Below are positions 25,428 to 34,327 of a DNA stretch of 42,336 nt, one piece after another; within the stretch, counting starts at the first letter, position 1, and each line of letters begins with the position of its first letter. Where the stretch lies: assembly GCA_013115145.1 (NCBI GenBank), contig JAAPAO010000289.1, forward strand, positions 1 through 42,336. The letters run 5' to 3'. The notes beneath the pieces were generated by a model. The model searched no databases. It was not told where the DNA came from and worked only from the letters and a program-made list of their open reading frames with translations. The translations under genes and the position numbers were made by a program. The stretch is from Perkinsus chesapeaki ATCC PRA-425. Taxonomy: Eukaryota > Protista > Perkinsozoa.

Positions 25428-28400
25428 GGAACTAGCAAAGCTGCTACAGAGAGATAAGAAAGTGGTGGTAATTACTATTAGAATAGTGTCGCGTAGCTCC
25501 CAGAAGATGTGACCGGAGGCATACTATGAACGCAAGAACTTGAGCCAAGATGGCTACAGACTCACTAGATGCTAGCTCAGAACCGCAGGCTCGGAAAGGA
25601 CTAGTAATAGCTATGCATGCTGAAGCGCTCGCCCAGAAATATTGATCGAACGCATATACAAAGCATAGAGCAGAGCAACATCAGGAAGTACGTCACATCT
25701 CGCCCCCTCAGGTGGCGACTCACTGAGCCACCTAATCAACGCTCTCTCTGGAAGGGTTAATAGGAACCTTCCTGACTATTCTGGGAGACAGCTTAACCAA
25801 AGCTTCCACGTCTCCAGTGACAGATAGTTTACCATCATTACCAATGTAAAGAGGTCTTAGCTGATTATCCCATAGACGACATTCTTGAACCAAATACTCA
25901 CCACGACCAGTCCAATTTTTAATAAGACCGTAACGAGAAATAGAATCATACGGATCCTTCCAGGTAACAAATTTACCAGCCGCTCTTCGGGTAATGCGAG
26001 GCTCTCCTGAACCTAAGCTAGTTGAAGGACGAGAGTGTACATTACGGGAAGAATCGCGAAGATCTACATCTCCATCAAGATAAACTTTTAAATGATCAGA
26101 ACTGTAAACTTGTTTACGACCGTCGGGCAACTTAACTTCATAACAACGTGATCCAATCTTACGTGTTATCACTCCTTCACGCCACATACGGTCTAGCTTA
26201 TGACTAGGACGATGCCAAACCAGAACCTCATCCCCTTCCTCAAATTTCTCAATTGGGTTAGGACTCTGTGGCTTCTGAGATTGCCAGAGCAATTTCCAAT
26301 CTTCTAAAATCTTCGTTCTCCTTATACGGAGTTTCTCACAGGCCGAGGAAATGGCCGATGAGTTTTTCTTATTGAAATGTGAAACATATTTGATAATGTC
26401 ATCATTATTGATCGGACTTGAACTCACCTGTGACGACGCCCATTGGGCTAAAGGGGATTGAAGTGGGAAACCATAAACTGCCTCGTGGGGAGTGATACCC
26501 AGAATTGTATCAACAGTTGTATTAACTCGAGCTTGGGCTAGGCCTAAGGCATCTTTTAAAGTTAGCTTGGGATCTTCCTCCAACAAGGCACGTAGAGCCA
26601 TATTAACCACCGCATGAGGCCTCTCGTAAAATGACCCACTCGATGGGTGATACACAGGTATCAAGACGTGCTTAATATGATAAAGAGAGAGAAGAGTATC
26701 AAAATTAATGCTTTTGACAAATTGAACACCATTATCAGTGATCACACACCGCGGACAGGAGTACTTGAGCAGGAATTCATTCTCGAATACTCTACTCACC
26801 TCCTCAGCAGATACCTTTTTCATAATGAAGAATAGACAATACCTTGTCAACAAGCATGTAATAGATAAGATGAATCGCTCACTGCGACTAGCGCCTACGA
26901 GTGGGCCTACTATATCAACTCCAACGGTTTCGAACGGCCTCGATGGACAAAACCAATGAGATATAGCAGCTTTACGTATCCTGGGAAATTTAGTAAACTG
27001 ACAAGCCTTACAGCATTTAACACATCTTTTGATATCAGACCTCGCCTTAGGCCACCAAAATACTCTCATAATCAACTTGAATGTATTATTAATACCAATA
27101 TGACCATGTAATCTATGAAAATAACTTATTACTTCGTTAACAAATGATGAAGCATATTTAGCAGACGGAAGAACAATCTTCGGAGAATCCTCATAATACT
27201 CACTAGGCTTAGTAGATACTTTACATAAGATACCATCAACCATAAGCATATGTTGGGCATATTTTTGGATATTTTTAGGGCATTTATCAAAACTGGGGTT
27301 ACTTGACTCTAATACCTTTATGCTTTCAGCAGCCATAGTATCTTTATGCTGCTGAGATTGAATAAATCTAGTAAATATATCGCCAACAGATACAACATCA
27401 CCATTACGCCAAGCTTGAAAGCAGTTACTCAATAAGACATAATCTTGAAAGCTGGGCAAATTATCAATAGTGGCAACAGAGACACTGCAACAATCTAGCT
27501 CAACCACATCTATTCCCGTACAGAGATCTTCTGCAACCTGAGGCAGCGACCGGATGTCCTTGGCAGGAATAGCCGTATCAATACGAGAAAGTAGATCTGG
27601 TTGTGCATTCTGACTTGCCGATACATGAATGAACCGGATAGAGAGTTTATGCGAGCGAACAAGTCTTAACATATCAATACAACACTCACGTAATCTGGAA
27701 GTGGCCAACCACTCCACTCCCTTCATCTTATGTGGGCGATCATCTAATCGTCTGATCGCAGTAGTAGAGTCGCTCGCAAGCATGACGGATTCTAACTGTG
27801 GGAAGTGATCATTAATAAGTAAAGAACAGAACTGCCCCAGCGAGCTGCTTAAACAGAAAAGCTCCCTCCTATTCGCATGCCAATAAGTGGCATTACGTGC
27901 AAACAGGTGGGAACGAGCACCAATAATCACGATCTTATAAGTCGCAGCTCCCGAGGAAACATTCTTTTCAATCGAATACCAAACAGAAGCATACCCACAG
28001 TTAGACGCGTCATTACCGATCACTAATATCTTAACAACAGAAAGTAAGGGCACCTCTAGAGGAATACGCGCCCATGCTTCTACCGCAGCAAATAAATGGT
28101 TATTAACCTCCTTATGAATATCAGGAGGCAACGGATCATCAAAACCTAAACTCTGGGATGCACTAATCCTACGAGCCCAATCACAATGACTACGAGCCTG
28201 AACTTCCTCTAGTGAGAACCATAAACTAATGAAACGACCAGCTAGACAAAAAACATCACGTTTACAATTAGAAACTGCAGCTTCAATCAATGGCGGTTTC
28301 ATGCGCAAGACGGAACCGTCCCACGACCAATAAGCACCGAGCCATTTAGAATAGTCGGTACTCCAAACCGCCTTCTTCTCTTCCGGGATGTCGAAACCCA

Positions 28401-31400
28401 CCAGATTGAGAGTCTGATTCAAAATCAGCTCAAAGTTCTCAAGGGTTTCTTGGCAAGATATAACTAATATATCATCCATCATCCGTATGGTTGTCACAGT
28501 AGGAAAGTAATGCTCCAAGATGCTCCATACCAAATCCAGTGATTGCTCTAGGGCTCCAGGCCCTATGGCCAGACCAAAACTGAGTCGGGTACTTCTCATG
28601 GTAATACCACGGCCATAATTTATGAAAATCGGATGAGAAATGGCTAGCCTATAAAACGCTCGAGCCAAATCATACTGGCGAACCTGTTTTCCTGGGGTGA
28701 GGGTCCCTCTCAGCTTCTGAACAATGCTTGCAACACTATGTTTTTTACTAGATGCTACGGGAGCTTTCACATTTAAGACTCGCGCATCTATTACAGGACG
28801 AACTTTGGTAGTTTTCGCCATGGAAACCACCGGAAAAGCTGTCGCCGTATCATCTGGGACCTCACCTGGGAAAACTCGCTCCCACCACTGCCGATTCTCA
28901 TACATTTCCAATTCTTTCAACCATAACTCATATTGCTCCGGACTCAGTTTTTGTAATAATCTATTAGGTGACCACGATCTTCTGTCTCCTTTACTTTTAG
29001 TCTCATCCCAATCCACCATAAATCTATATTTTTGGGTAGGTGTATCACGTACATCTTCATCCGTTAATCTAACTAATCGAATCCTGTAACCTTCCGCATT
29101 ATTAACAGAGATCCATCCTTCATTAGCCAATTTCTCGAAACATTTATCGATAGAATCACAGTCGCTCCAATCTCTTTTGATAACAGTTTTTGGTACATCA
29201 GCTGGCACCCACTCCTGGGTTTCTTGCTCGGACTCTTCCGGGCCTTCCTCGATTTCCTGATTGACGGCATCCAAGACCGCTAAATCATCTCCGGAGAAAG
29301 AGGAACTCAAACTGCCTTGCAGCTCGACGTTGCTGCAATCGATCCTTTCTGGATTGATAATCTCAACGAAGGACACATCCGAGAACTCGTAGGCCCCGTT
29401 CCTTTCTCTAGGTAACGGCTCCGACCTATTACGCGAGGAATCGGATTCTCTTAACGCATCCAACAACTCTTGCTGGATACACTCAAAAGCTGACTCATCG
29501 TCAAATCTATATACCAGCTTTGCACCACATAAACGCAACGCTGACCTCCCCAAAATGAGGTCAAATGACAGCCCTGACGCTATCAAAAATGGTAATAGTA
29601 AGTCCTTGCCACCCACTGTGCATGGAATAATTGTTTCTTCCGTGAGCAACTGTGTCTGCCTGTTAGCAAAAATCGCGCGAAGCGGCGCAATAAGCCTACG
29701 CTTCACTTCCAACTGCTTTGCCAAACTCTCACTAATCAAAGCCAGCGCTGATCCACTATCTATCAACGCTTCATGCTCAACTTCGTCAATCGTAACTTTG
29801 CATGTACTGGGAGGGCACGCTGTTGCTAAAGTGAGAGATCTAAACTCTTTAGACTCCTTTTCTTCAATCGATGCGATCTCGATGGAACCCTGCTCCACTT
29901 CGACCGCCATCGTTTTATGATTAGGCGAAGAATTGGGTTTAGATTCTACGCCCGACTGTGCTTTACCATTCTTCTCGGCTTGAACTGGTGGTTGACGTTT
30001 GGGACAATCCCGAGCGATATGTCCATAGTTCTGGCAATTAAAACATTTTATACTACTCTGACCTTCGCTTGTTCTAGAGCTCGGCCTCCACTGCACCTGA
30101 CGTTGTTCGCTATCTCGACGGAACTGCTGCTCGTGCTGGCGACCTCCCTGGCCCTTTCCCACAGAGAAACCTTTTCCAGGCAGGAATCCCTGTTGCTTAG
30201 AATCTTGGAAGTCTCTCTCAAAGAACTCGGCCGTATCAATGATGCTGGCCAAGGGCTTACTATATAGTTTAGCACCATAACGAGTTTTGAGCTTTGCAAC
30301 CAAGGGACCAGGCAAGCCTTTAAGAAATTGGTTCCGCACATCCATAGCAGTTAATGCCGGTAGTGAAGCTGCTAGTTCTTGCACTCTACCACCGAATGCA
30401 AGTACATTTTCATCAGATCTCTTATATAATTTGCTGAAATTACTAGCTGCTCGACCTTCACTCCACTGACTGGCGTATTCTGTATCCAGACGCTCCCATA
30501 ATAAATTGAAAATATCCTCTTGCAGTTCTCCAAGATCGTCCAAATCATTCAGCTCTGCCAATTGATCTTGGCAAAAAGTTTTCGCTCTACCAACCAAGTT
30601 TCGAGTCAAATAATAACATGCCAATCTTCCTTTCAGCTGGTAACTGCGGCATCCCGACACCACTCGTTTCTTAAAGATCTCATATGTCACATAAGAAGTA
30701 CTAGACTCTTTAGTATCAACATTCCAAGGAGCCGCCTCTACCAACGGAAGAGAATTCAACTCGATTTTATTTTGAACTTGGTCGCTGGCAACTTCAGGAA
30801 CCTTATCTTTGGCCTCTAGACCTAAGCCTTTGGCAATTCTTCCTATCATCGCAGAGTTATTATCATTAAAAATAGACTCCAAAGCTTGCAATTTAACTAA
30901 TAAGCGCATAACACATAAGCTTAGACAATAGGCCAACTCGGCCGCTCCATCTCCCAGACCACTATCAAGCGTACACCAATAAATTGCAACAAATACTGCT
31001 CGCCAAACTTCACCAAAGTTCGTGGCATTAGTGCCTCTAGTAATCTCTTTAAAGAACTCCTTCAGCTCAGTACCTCCCTTTCTCACTAACACTCCTATCT
31101 TCGATCTTGCTCTTGCTTCATCTGCAATATCGAGAAGTTCATCAACTATTAGATAAACTTTCTCCGCCATAGCTTTATCCTCCGGCTCTTCTGGCTGGAT
31201 GTCCCGCAAGCCCTGCATCGACCACCAATTTGTCGCGTAGCTCCCAGAAGATGTGACCGGAGGCATACTATGAACGCAAGAACTTGAGCCAAGATGGCTA
31301 CAGACTCACTAGATGCTAGCTCAGAACCGCAGGCTCGGAAAGGACTAGTAATAGCTATGCATGCTGAAGCGCTCGCCCAGAAATATTGATCGAACGCATA

Positions 31401-31770
31401 TACAAAGCATAGAGCAGAGCAACATCAGGAAGTACGTCACAAATAGCTATTAGTAAATTGCTTTATTAAATAATACAAGGCAGATAGATACTTATGAACA
31501 TCAGACTCACGGGAGAAGTACCGAGGGTGGGGTTCGAACCTGCGCCATGCGCATGCGTGCAGATCCTGGCCCAGTTGTGTGGCAGATTATTATGTGCCTT
31601 GAAAAATCTTGTACACTTTGAATTATGCTATTTCCAGTGTGAGAATCGATTACAGTGGCCCGCGCAATATTCAACTGCCCATTTCCGACTGGAGTGGCTG
31701 GGGGCTCCAAACTGTTCCGAGAAGCAGCTTTTAGATTTGCCTCTTCGATTTTAGGAGGTATTATTTAACA
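25428..31770 (+). CDS. Putative host gene whose intron hosts the LTR element
   Basis: Exon ELAKLLQRDKK (25428-25461) ends at a GT donor. After the element, a CAG acceptor at 31483 gives in-frame IDTYEHQTHGR..PGPVVWQIIMCLEK. The empty-site intron would be ~62 nt and AT-rich. Confidence 0.35.
25487..25697 (-). repeat. 3' LTR (211 bp)
   Basis: Identical by visual comparison to 31231-31441. TGTGAC...GCGACA on the element strand. Confidence 0.97.
25539..25560 (-). promoter_or_regulatory. SL-like 22-mer in the 3' LTR
   Basis: Same sequence as in the 5' LTR (+ strand cttgagccaagatggctacaga). Confidence 0.9.
25698..25709 (-). promoter_or_regulatory. Polypurine tract GAGGGGGCGAGA
   Basis: Purine-rich run directly abutting the TG of the 3' LTR on the element strand. 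Confidence 0.8.
25732..31266 (-). CDS. Gag-pol polyprotein (1844 aa)
   Basis: Zn-knuckle CFNCQNYGHIARDC; aspartic protease ALIDSGS; RT TTKVRPVIDAR/YDLARAF/RLSFGLAIGP/MMDD/WLGAYW; RNase H NDAS...RREL...SDS...HVSASQNAQPDLLSR; integrase H..GH.G...CKAC, VGVDIVGP, TDNGVQF, YER. Confidence 0.97.
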   Translation of the reverse strand: MPPVTSSGSYATNWWSMQGLRDIQPEEPEDKAMAEKVYLIVDELLDIADEARARSKIGVLVRKGGTELKEFFKEITRGTNATNFGEVWRAVFVAIYWCTLDSGLGDGAAELAYCLSLCVMRLLVKLQALESIFNDNNSAMIGRIAKGLGLEAKDKVPEVASDQVQNKIELNSLPLVEAAPWNVDTKESSTSYVTYEIFKKRVVSGCRSYQLKGRLACYYLTRNLVGRAKTFCQDQLAELNDLDDLGELQEDIFNLLWERLDTEYASQWSEGRAASNFSKLYKRSDENVLAFGGRVQELAASLPALTAMDVRNQFLKGLPGPLVAKLKTRYGAKLYSKPLASIIDTAEFFERDFQDSKQQGFLPGKGFSVGKGQGGRQHEQQFRRDSEQRQVQWRPSSRTSEGQSSIKCFNCQNYGHIARDCPKRQPPVQAEKNGKAQSGVESKPNSSPNHKTMAVEVEQGSIEIASIEEKESKEFRSLTLATACPPSTCKVTIDEVEHEALIDSGSALALISESLAKQLEVKRRLIAPLRAIFANRQTQLLTEETIIPCTVGGKDLLLPFLIASGLSFDLILGRSALRLCGAKLVYRFDDESAFECIQQELLDALRESDSSRNRSEPLPRERNGAYEFSDVSFVEIINPERIDCSNVELQGSLSSSFSGDDLAVLDAVNQEIEEGPEESEQETQEWVPADVPKTVIKRDWSDCDSIDKCFEKLANEGWISVNNAEGYRIRLVRLTDEDVRDTPTQKYRFMVDWDETKSKGDRRSWSPNRLLQKLSPEQYELWLKELEMYENRQWWERVFPGEVPDDTATAFPVVSMAKTTKVRPVIDARVLNVKAPVASSKKHSVASIVQKLRGTLTPGKQVRQYDLARAFYRLAISHPIFINYGRGITMRSTRLSFGLAIGPGALEQSLDLVWSILEHYFPTVTTIRMMDDILVISCQETLENFELILNQTLNLVGFDIPEEKKAVWSTDYSKWLGAYWSWDGSVLRMKPPLIEAAVSNCKRDVFCLAGRFISLWFSLEEVQARSHCDWARRISASQSLGFDDPLPPDIHKEVNNHLFAAVEAWARIPLEVPLLSVVKILVIGNDASNCGYASVWYSIEKNVSSGAATYKIVIIGARSHLFARNATYWHANRRELFCLSSSLGQFCSLLINDHFPQLESVMLASDSTTAIRRLDDRPHKMKGVEWLATSRLRECCIDMLRLVRSHKLSIRFIHVSASQNAQPDLLSRIDTAIPAKDIRSLPQVAEDLCTGIDVVELDCCSVSVATIDNLPSFQDYVLLSNCFQAWRNGDVVSVGDIFTRFIQSQQHKDTMAAESIKVLESSNPSFDKCPKNIQKYAQHMLMVDGILCKVSTKPSEYYEDSPKIVLPSAKYASSFVNEVISYFHRLHGHIGINNTFKLIMRVFWWPKARSDIKRCVKCCKACQFTKFPRIRKAAISHWFCPSRPFETVGVDIVGPLVGASRSERFILSITCLLTRYCLFFIMKKVSAEEVSRVFENEFLLKYSCPRCVITDNGVQFVKSINFDTLLSLYHIKHVLIPVYHPSSGSFYERPHAVVNMALRALLEEDPKLTLKDALGLAQARVNTTVDTILGITPHEAVYGFPLQSPLAQWASSQVSSSPINNDDIIKYVSHFNKKNSSAISSACEKLRIRRTKILEDWKLLWQSQKPQSPNPIEKFEEGDEVLVWHRPSHKLDRMWREGVITRKIGSRCYEVKLPDGRKQVYSSDHLKVYLDGDVDLRDSSRNVHSRPSTSLGSGEPRITRRAAGKFVTWKDPYDSISRYGLIKNWTGRGEYLVQECRLWDNQLRPLYIGNDGKLSVTGDVEALVKLSPRIVRKVPINPSRESVD
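31211..31227 (-). promoter_or_regulatory. Primer-binding site TGGTGGTCGATGCAGGG
   Basis: Starts with TGG 3 nt after the 5' LTR. It is complementary to a tRNA 3' end ...CCCTGC-ATCGACC-A-CCA. The tRNA identity is not determined. Confidence 0.85.
31231..31441 (-). repeat. 5' LTR (211 bp)
   Basis: Identical to 25487-25697. Contains the gag-pol ATG at 31266. Confidence 0.97.
31283..31304 (-). promoter_or_regulatory. Spliced-leader (SL)-like 22-mer in the 5' LTR
   Basis: TCTGTAGCCATCTTGGCTCAAG vs the Perkinsus SL ACCGTAGCCATCTTGGCTCAAG (recalled from established knowledge): 20/22, last 19 nt exact, 16 nt upstream of the ATG. Confidence 0.9.
31518..31562 (+). other. Predicted 45-nt intron beginning with an antisense tRNA 3' end
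   Basis: GT-ACCGAGG-GTGGG-GTTCGAA-CCTGC...CAG; the reverse complement resembles a tRNA-Leu-type 3' end, GGTTCGAACCCCACCCTCGGTA-C. The reading frame is also open if the segment is retained. Confidence 0.45.
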
Positions 31771-32649
31771 CCTCTGCCTATTCTAGAACCAAGTGGTTTC
31801 TCCATCCATTACCTATTTTTGTTTCGTCTCATCTCCTCGATGTTGAATCTATCTTGCACTATTTAGCGTTCGTACTTCCTAAGGAAATGAATTTCGTTTA
31901 GTAGTAGGGTTCATTAAGGAACATTAGCGACTTTGACGGTTTCGGCCCCAGTGCTGGAACCAAGCTACTACGTGACCATCTAAGATGTGGACTCCTATCG
32001 ATTCTTGTGAGTCGTATTGCATCGATTAAGCGAGGGAAATTCGGATCCCTAACTGAGGGGGGCAGCAGATAACATTGCTAGTCCGTTACGGCTCCACGTC
32101 TCAGTAACTCAGTCATCAGTTAAATGCAGCCCTCTGGACAATACCAAAACAGATCGGCCTTTATTGGCATACCAACGGCGGGAACAGTCGAGGCTGAATT
32201 TGACGACTATGTGAGAAGTCCAGTGCAGAGATGTAACGCCTGGTACTTGTCGATTGTGCAAATTGTCCCCGTTTGCAGCCGCTTTCCGTTCGACATCTCC
32301 GAATGCTATGGACAATCTCTACGGCAACAGATCGGCTGCTTACATGTAACCGATGTCACATTGGAGGACGCTCGAGGCTGGTGTGTTTCAGGAACGCATC
32401 TGGGAGGGGCGCACAGAAGGAACAAGCTCCGAGCGGTAGCCTGGAAAACGGATTTTATCGTCAATACGGAACTTTACAGAAACCCTCAATCCATCAAGCG
32501 GCAGCCGTGCCCCGAGTGTACCGGAGCCTCCAGCTCCTGTAGCTTTCAGGGACTTGCCTTCTGGAAAGATCACTGAGGTCTGCATAAGAGGCATGGGAGA
32601 CGCAACGTGGGCTTGTTCAGAGCACTTCGTTTGAGGGGACCTCTTCGGG

Positions 32650-33098
32650 TCGTTTTGGGGACCTATCTGTCAAGCAGAAGGTTGAAAGGGTTGCTGAGGG
32701 CCTGAACCATTTGAGACAGGTAGACCCTGGGTTCGATCCCGGCACCTGGAATGTATATTATTAAAGGTTCATAATGAACATGCCGCTCAAGTTCAAATGA
32801 GGGCGGATGAGCTTCGTTCGGATATCCAGAGTAATGTCGATTCTGCGGGGACGAACGCCAGCTGGTGTAGGTGCGGCACGGGACATCGGTCAGCTCAGAG
32901 AGGAGGTCACCACTTCATCTAGACAACAACAAAAGTACCCTCCCTGGGATTCGAACCGGGGACCGATTTCTTGCTAGATTCTTGCACGAAGTTAAAGCTA
33001 TTTTAGAGGGTCACATTCGGCGTAGTGAAGCCTGTCTTGTTCATATACAGTCGCAGGCTGAGGAGCTGGCCAAACGGCAAGATAGAATGGAGCGAGCA
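32650..33098 (+). CDS. Coiled-coil protein, paralog 1 (conserved core only; ends unresolved)
   Basis: GDLSVKQKVERVAEGLNHLRQ|VHNEHAAQVQMRADELRSDIQ|SAARDIGQLREEVTTSSRQQQK|FLHEVKAILEGHIRRSEACLVHIQSQAEELAKRQDRMERA. Confidence 0.7.
32720..32766 (+). other. 47-nt intron with a sense tRNA 3'-end-like fragment
   Basis: gtagaccctgggttcgatcccggcacct resembles the tRNA-Ala-type end GGGTTCGATCCCCGGCACCT. The intron position is shared with the paralog. Confidence 0.6.
32935..32977 (+). other. 43-nt intron beginning with an antisense tRNA 3' end
   Basis: GT-ACCCTCC-CTGGG-ATTCGAA-CCGGGGACC...TAG; reverse complement GGTCCCCGG-TTCGAAT-CCCAG-GGAGGGT-A-C. Boundaries are supported by alignment to the paralog. 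Confidence 0.7.
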
Positions 33099-34327
33099 GT
33101 AAGGGTCTCCGGTTGCTAATGGTTCTGCTGGATTGCTGACTGCCGCGATTACCCCACATTTCTACAAAGCTAAAATCCCATTTCTCATTTCTCACATTTC
33201 CAACACCTCAGAGTCGCCGAAGTAGTTTTCATAGCACTATTTTTCGGGATAAATGGTACATCAATGGGGCAAATTGTTTTCCAAATCATCGCCATTTGTG
33301 TTGTGCGGCTTTAACTCTGAGTAGCTACATATTAAAATACTATACTATGATAAGTATATCTGAGATTCTAATCAGGTACAACTGCTCGAGTCCCAAGTCC
33401 TTCGTTGATGCTTTTGCATACCACATGTCCCGTTGTTGTAGTCCTTTAAGTGTTGTGTTGCCGTCGATCCTTCCTACCCTCCCCCAGTCTAATATTTCAT
33501 GGTCGCGCCTGGTGGGGAGTCCTCCACTCTTCCCCATTCTTCTTGTTGTCCAGCGGAAGCTTCTCGCCGTTCTGCCGGCTGCGCAGTTCACTCGACGACG
33601 ATGGACGGCAGGATGAACTTCTCGGCCTGCTGCTGTAATAATAATTATCTTGCTCTTTGCGCCGCGTCTCCCTTATACTGGAGTATCTTGGCTCATAGTA
33701 GAGCTCTGGCACTGTCATCTCTAGAATCTTTCGCTTCAACGCGTGGAGAGGGCGAGCCTGTAGGACTGGTTTCGGCCTGTTTATGACCCGGAGCTTTCGG
33801 GTTGGTACTGAATGCTTGTATAGCCTATACGGTCGCCTTGGGATAACACTACAAGCCGAGGGGCGAGGAGACCTCCGAAAATGAAGTATTCTGCTCCGTC
33901 TTTGCGTCCATTTTCCCTCGATAAGTGACTTTACGTGAAGAGGCTCCATTCCACTGTGGAATGCAGCCTCTTCTGATCTCCTCGGAATTGCCACCCCGAG
34001 GCTGTAGAAGCCATCCTGTGGCTCGGTCAGGTCGCCCAGGGACACAGGTGGGCCCGAGACACTTCATGTTGAGCCCTCGAGATGGCGTTGATGGCAATGG
34101 TGCCGATGCTGCTTCTGCCGAGGGTCTGGTAAGGGCCTCCGACCCGGCAGTGGTTTGAGCATTCCTTCGGTTCAGGATGCCATACCATTGAGCGCATCTG
34201 GTCAGCATTATGCAGCTACAAGGGGATTGAAAGTACTATAAAGGCCGGTGGGGATGTTGAGCAACGACTGTTGTGGCAGAGCGGCCCGCCCGAGTTCCTT
34301 TCGCTGAGCTTACACCAGTCAGCTGCG

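Larger units (their letters stand above)
25487..31441 (-). mobile_element. Intact LTR retrotransposon (5955 bp), single gag-pol ORF, order PR-RT-RH-IN, BEL/Pao-like RT/RNase H
   Basis: Two identical 211-bp LTRs with TG...CA ends, AATAG target-site duplication (25482-25486 and 31442-31446), PBS, PPT and an uninterrupted 1844-aa ORF. Confidence 0.97.

Noticed and set aside
26647-30819. Plus-strand ORFs within the retrotransposon (antisense or env-like gene)
   Set aside because: Short shadows of gag-pol with no recognisable motifs.
31260-31304. SL RNA gene inside the LTR
   Set aside because: The SL is not followed by a GT donor or an SL-intron; it runs directly into a UTR and ATG.
31495-31600. 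Intact tRNA gene at this or any other GGTTCGA site
   Set aside because: No matching 5' acceptor strand, D-arm/A-box or anticodon arm upstream; only 3' fragments are present.
33685-33695. 11-nt SL match ATCTTGGCTCA
   Set aside because: Too short; plausible by chance, and not clearly at a gene 5' end.
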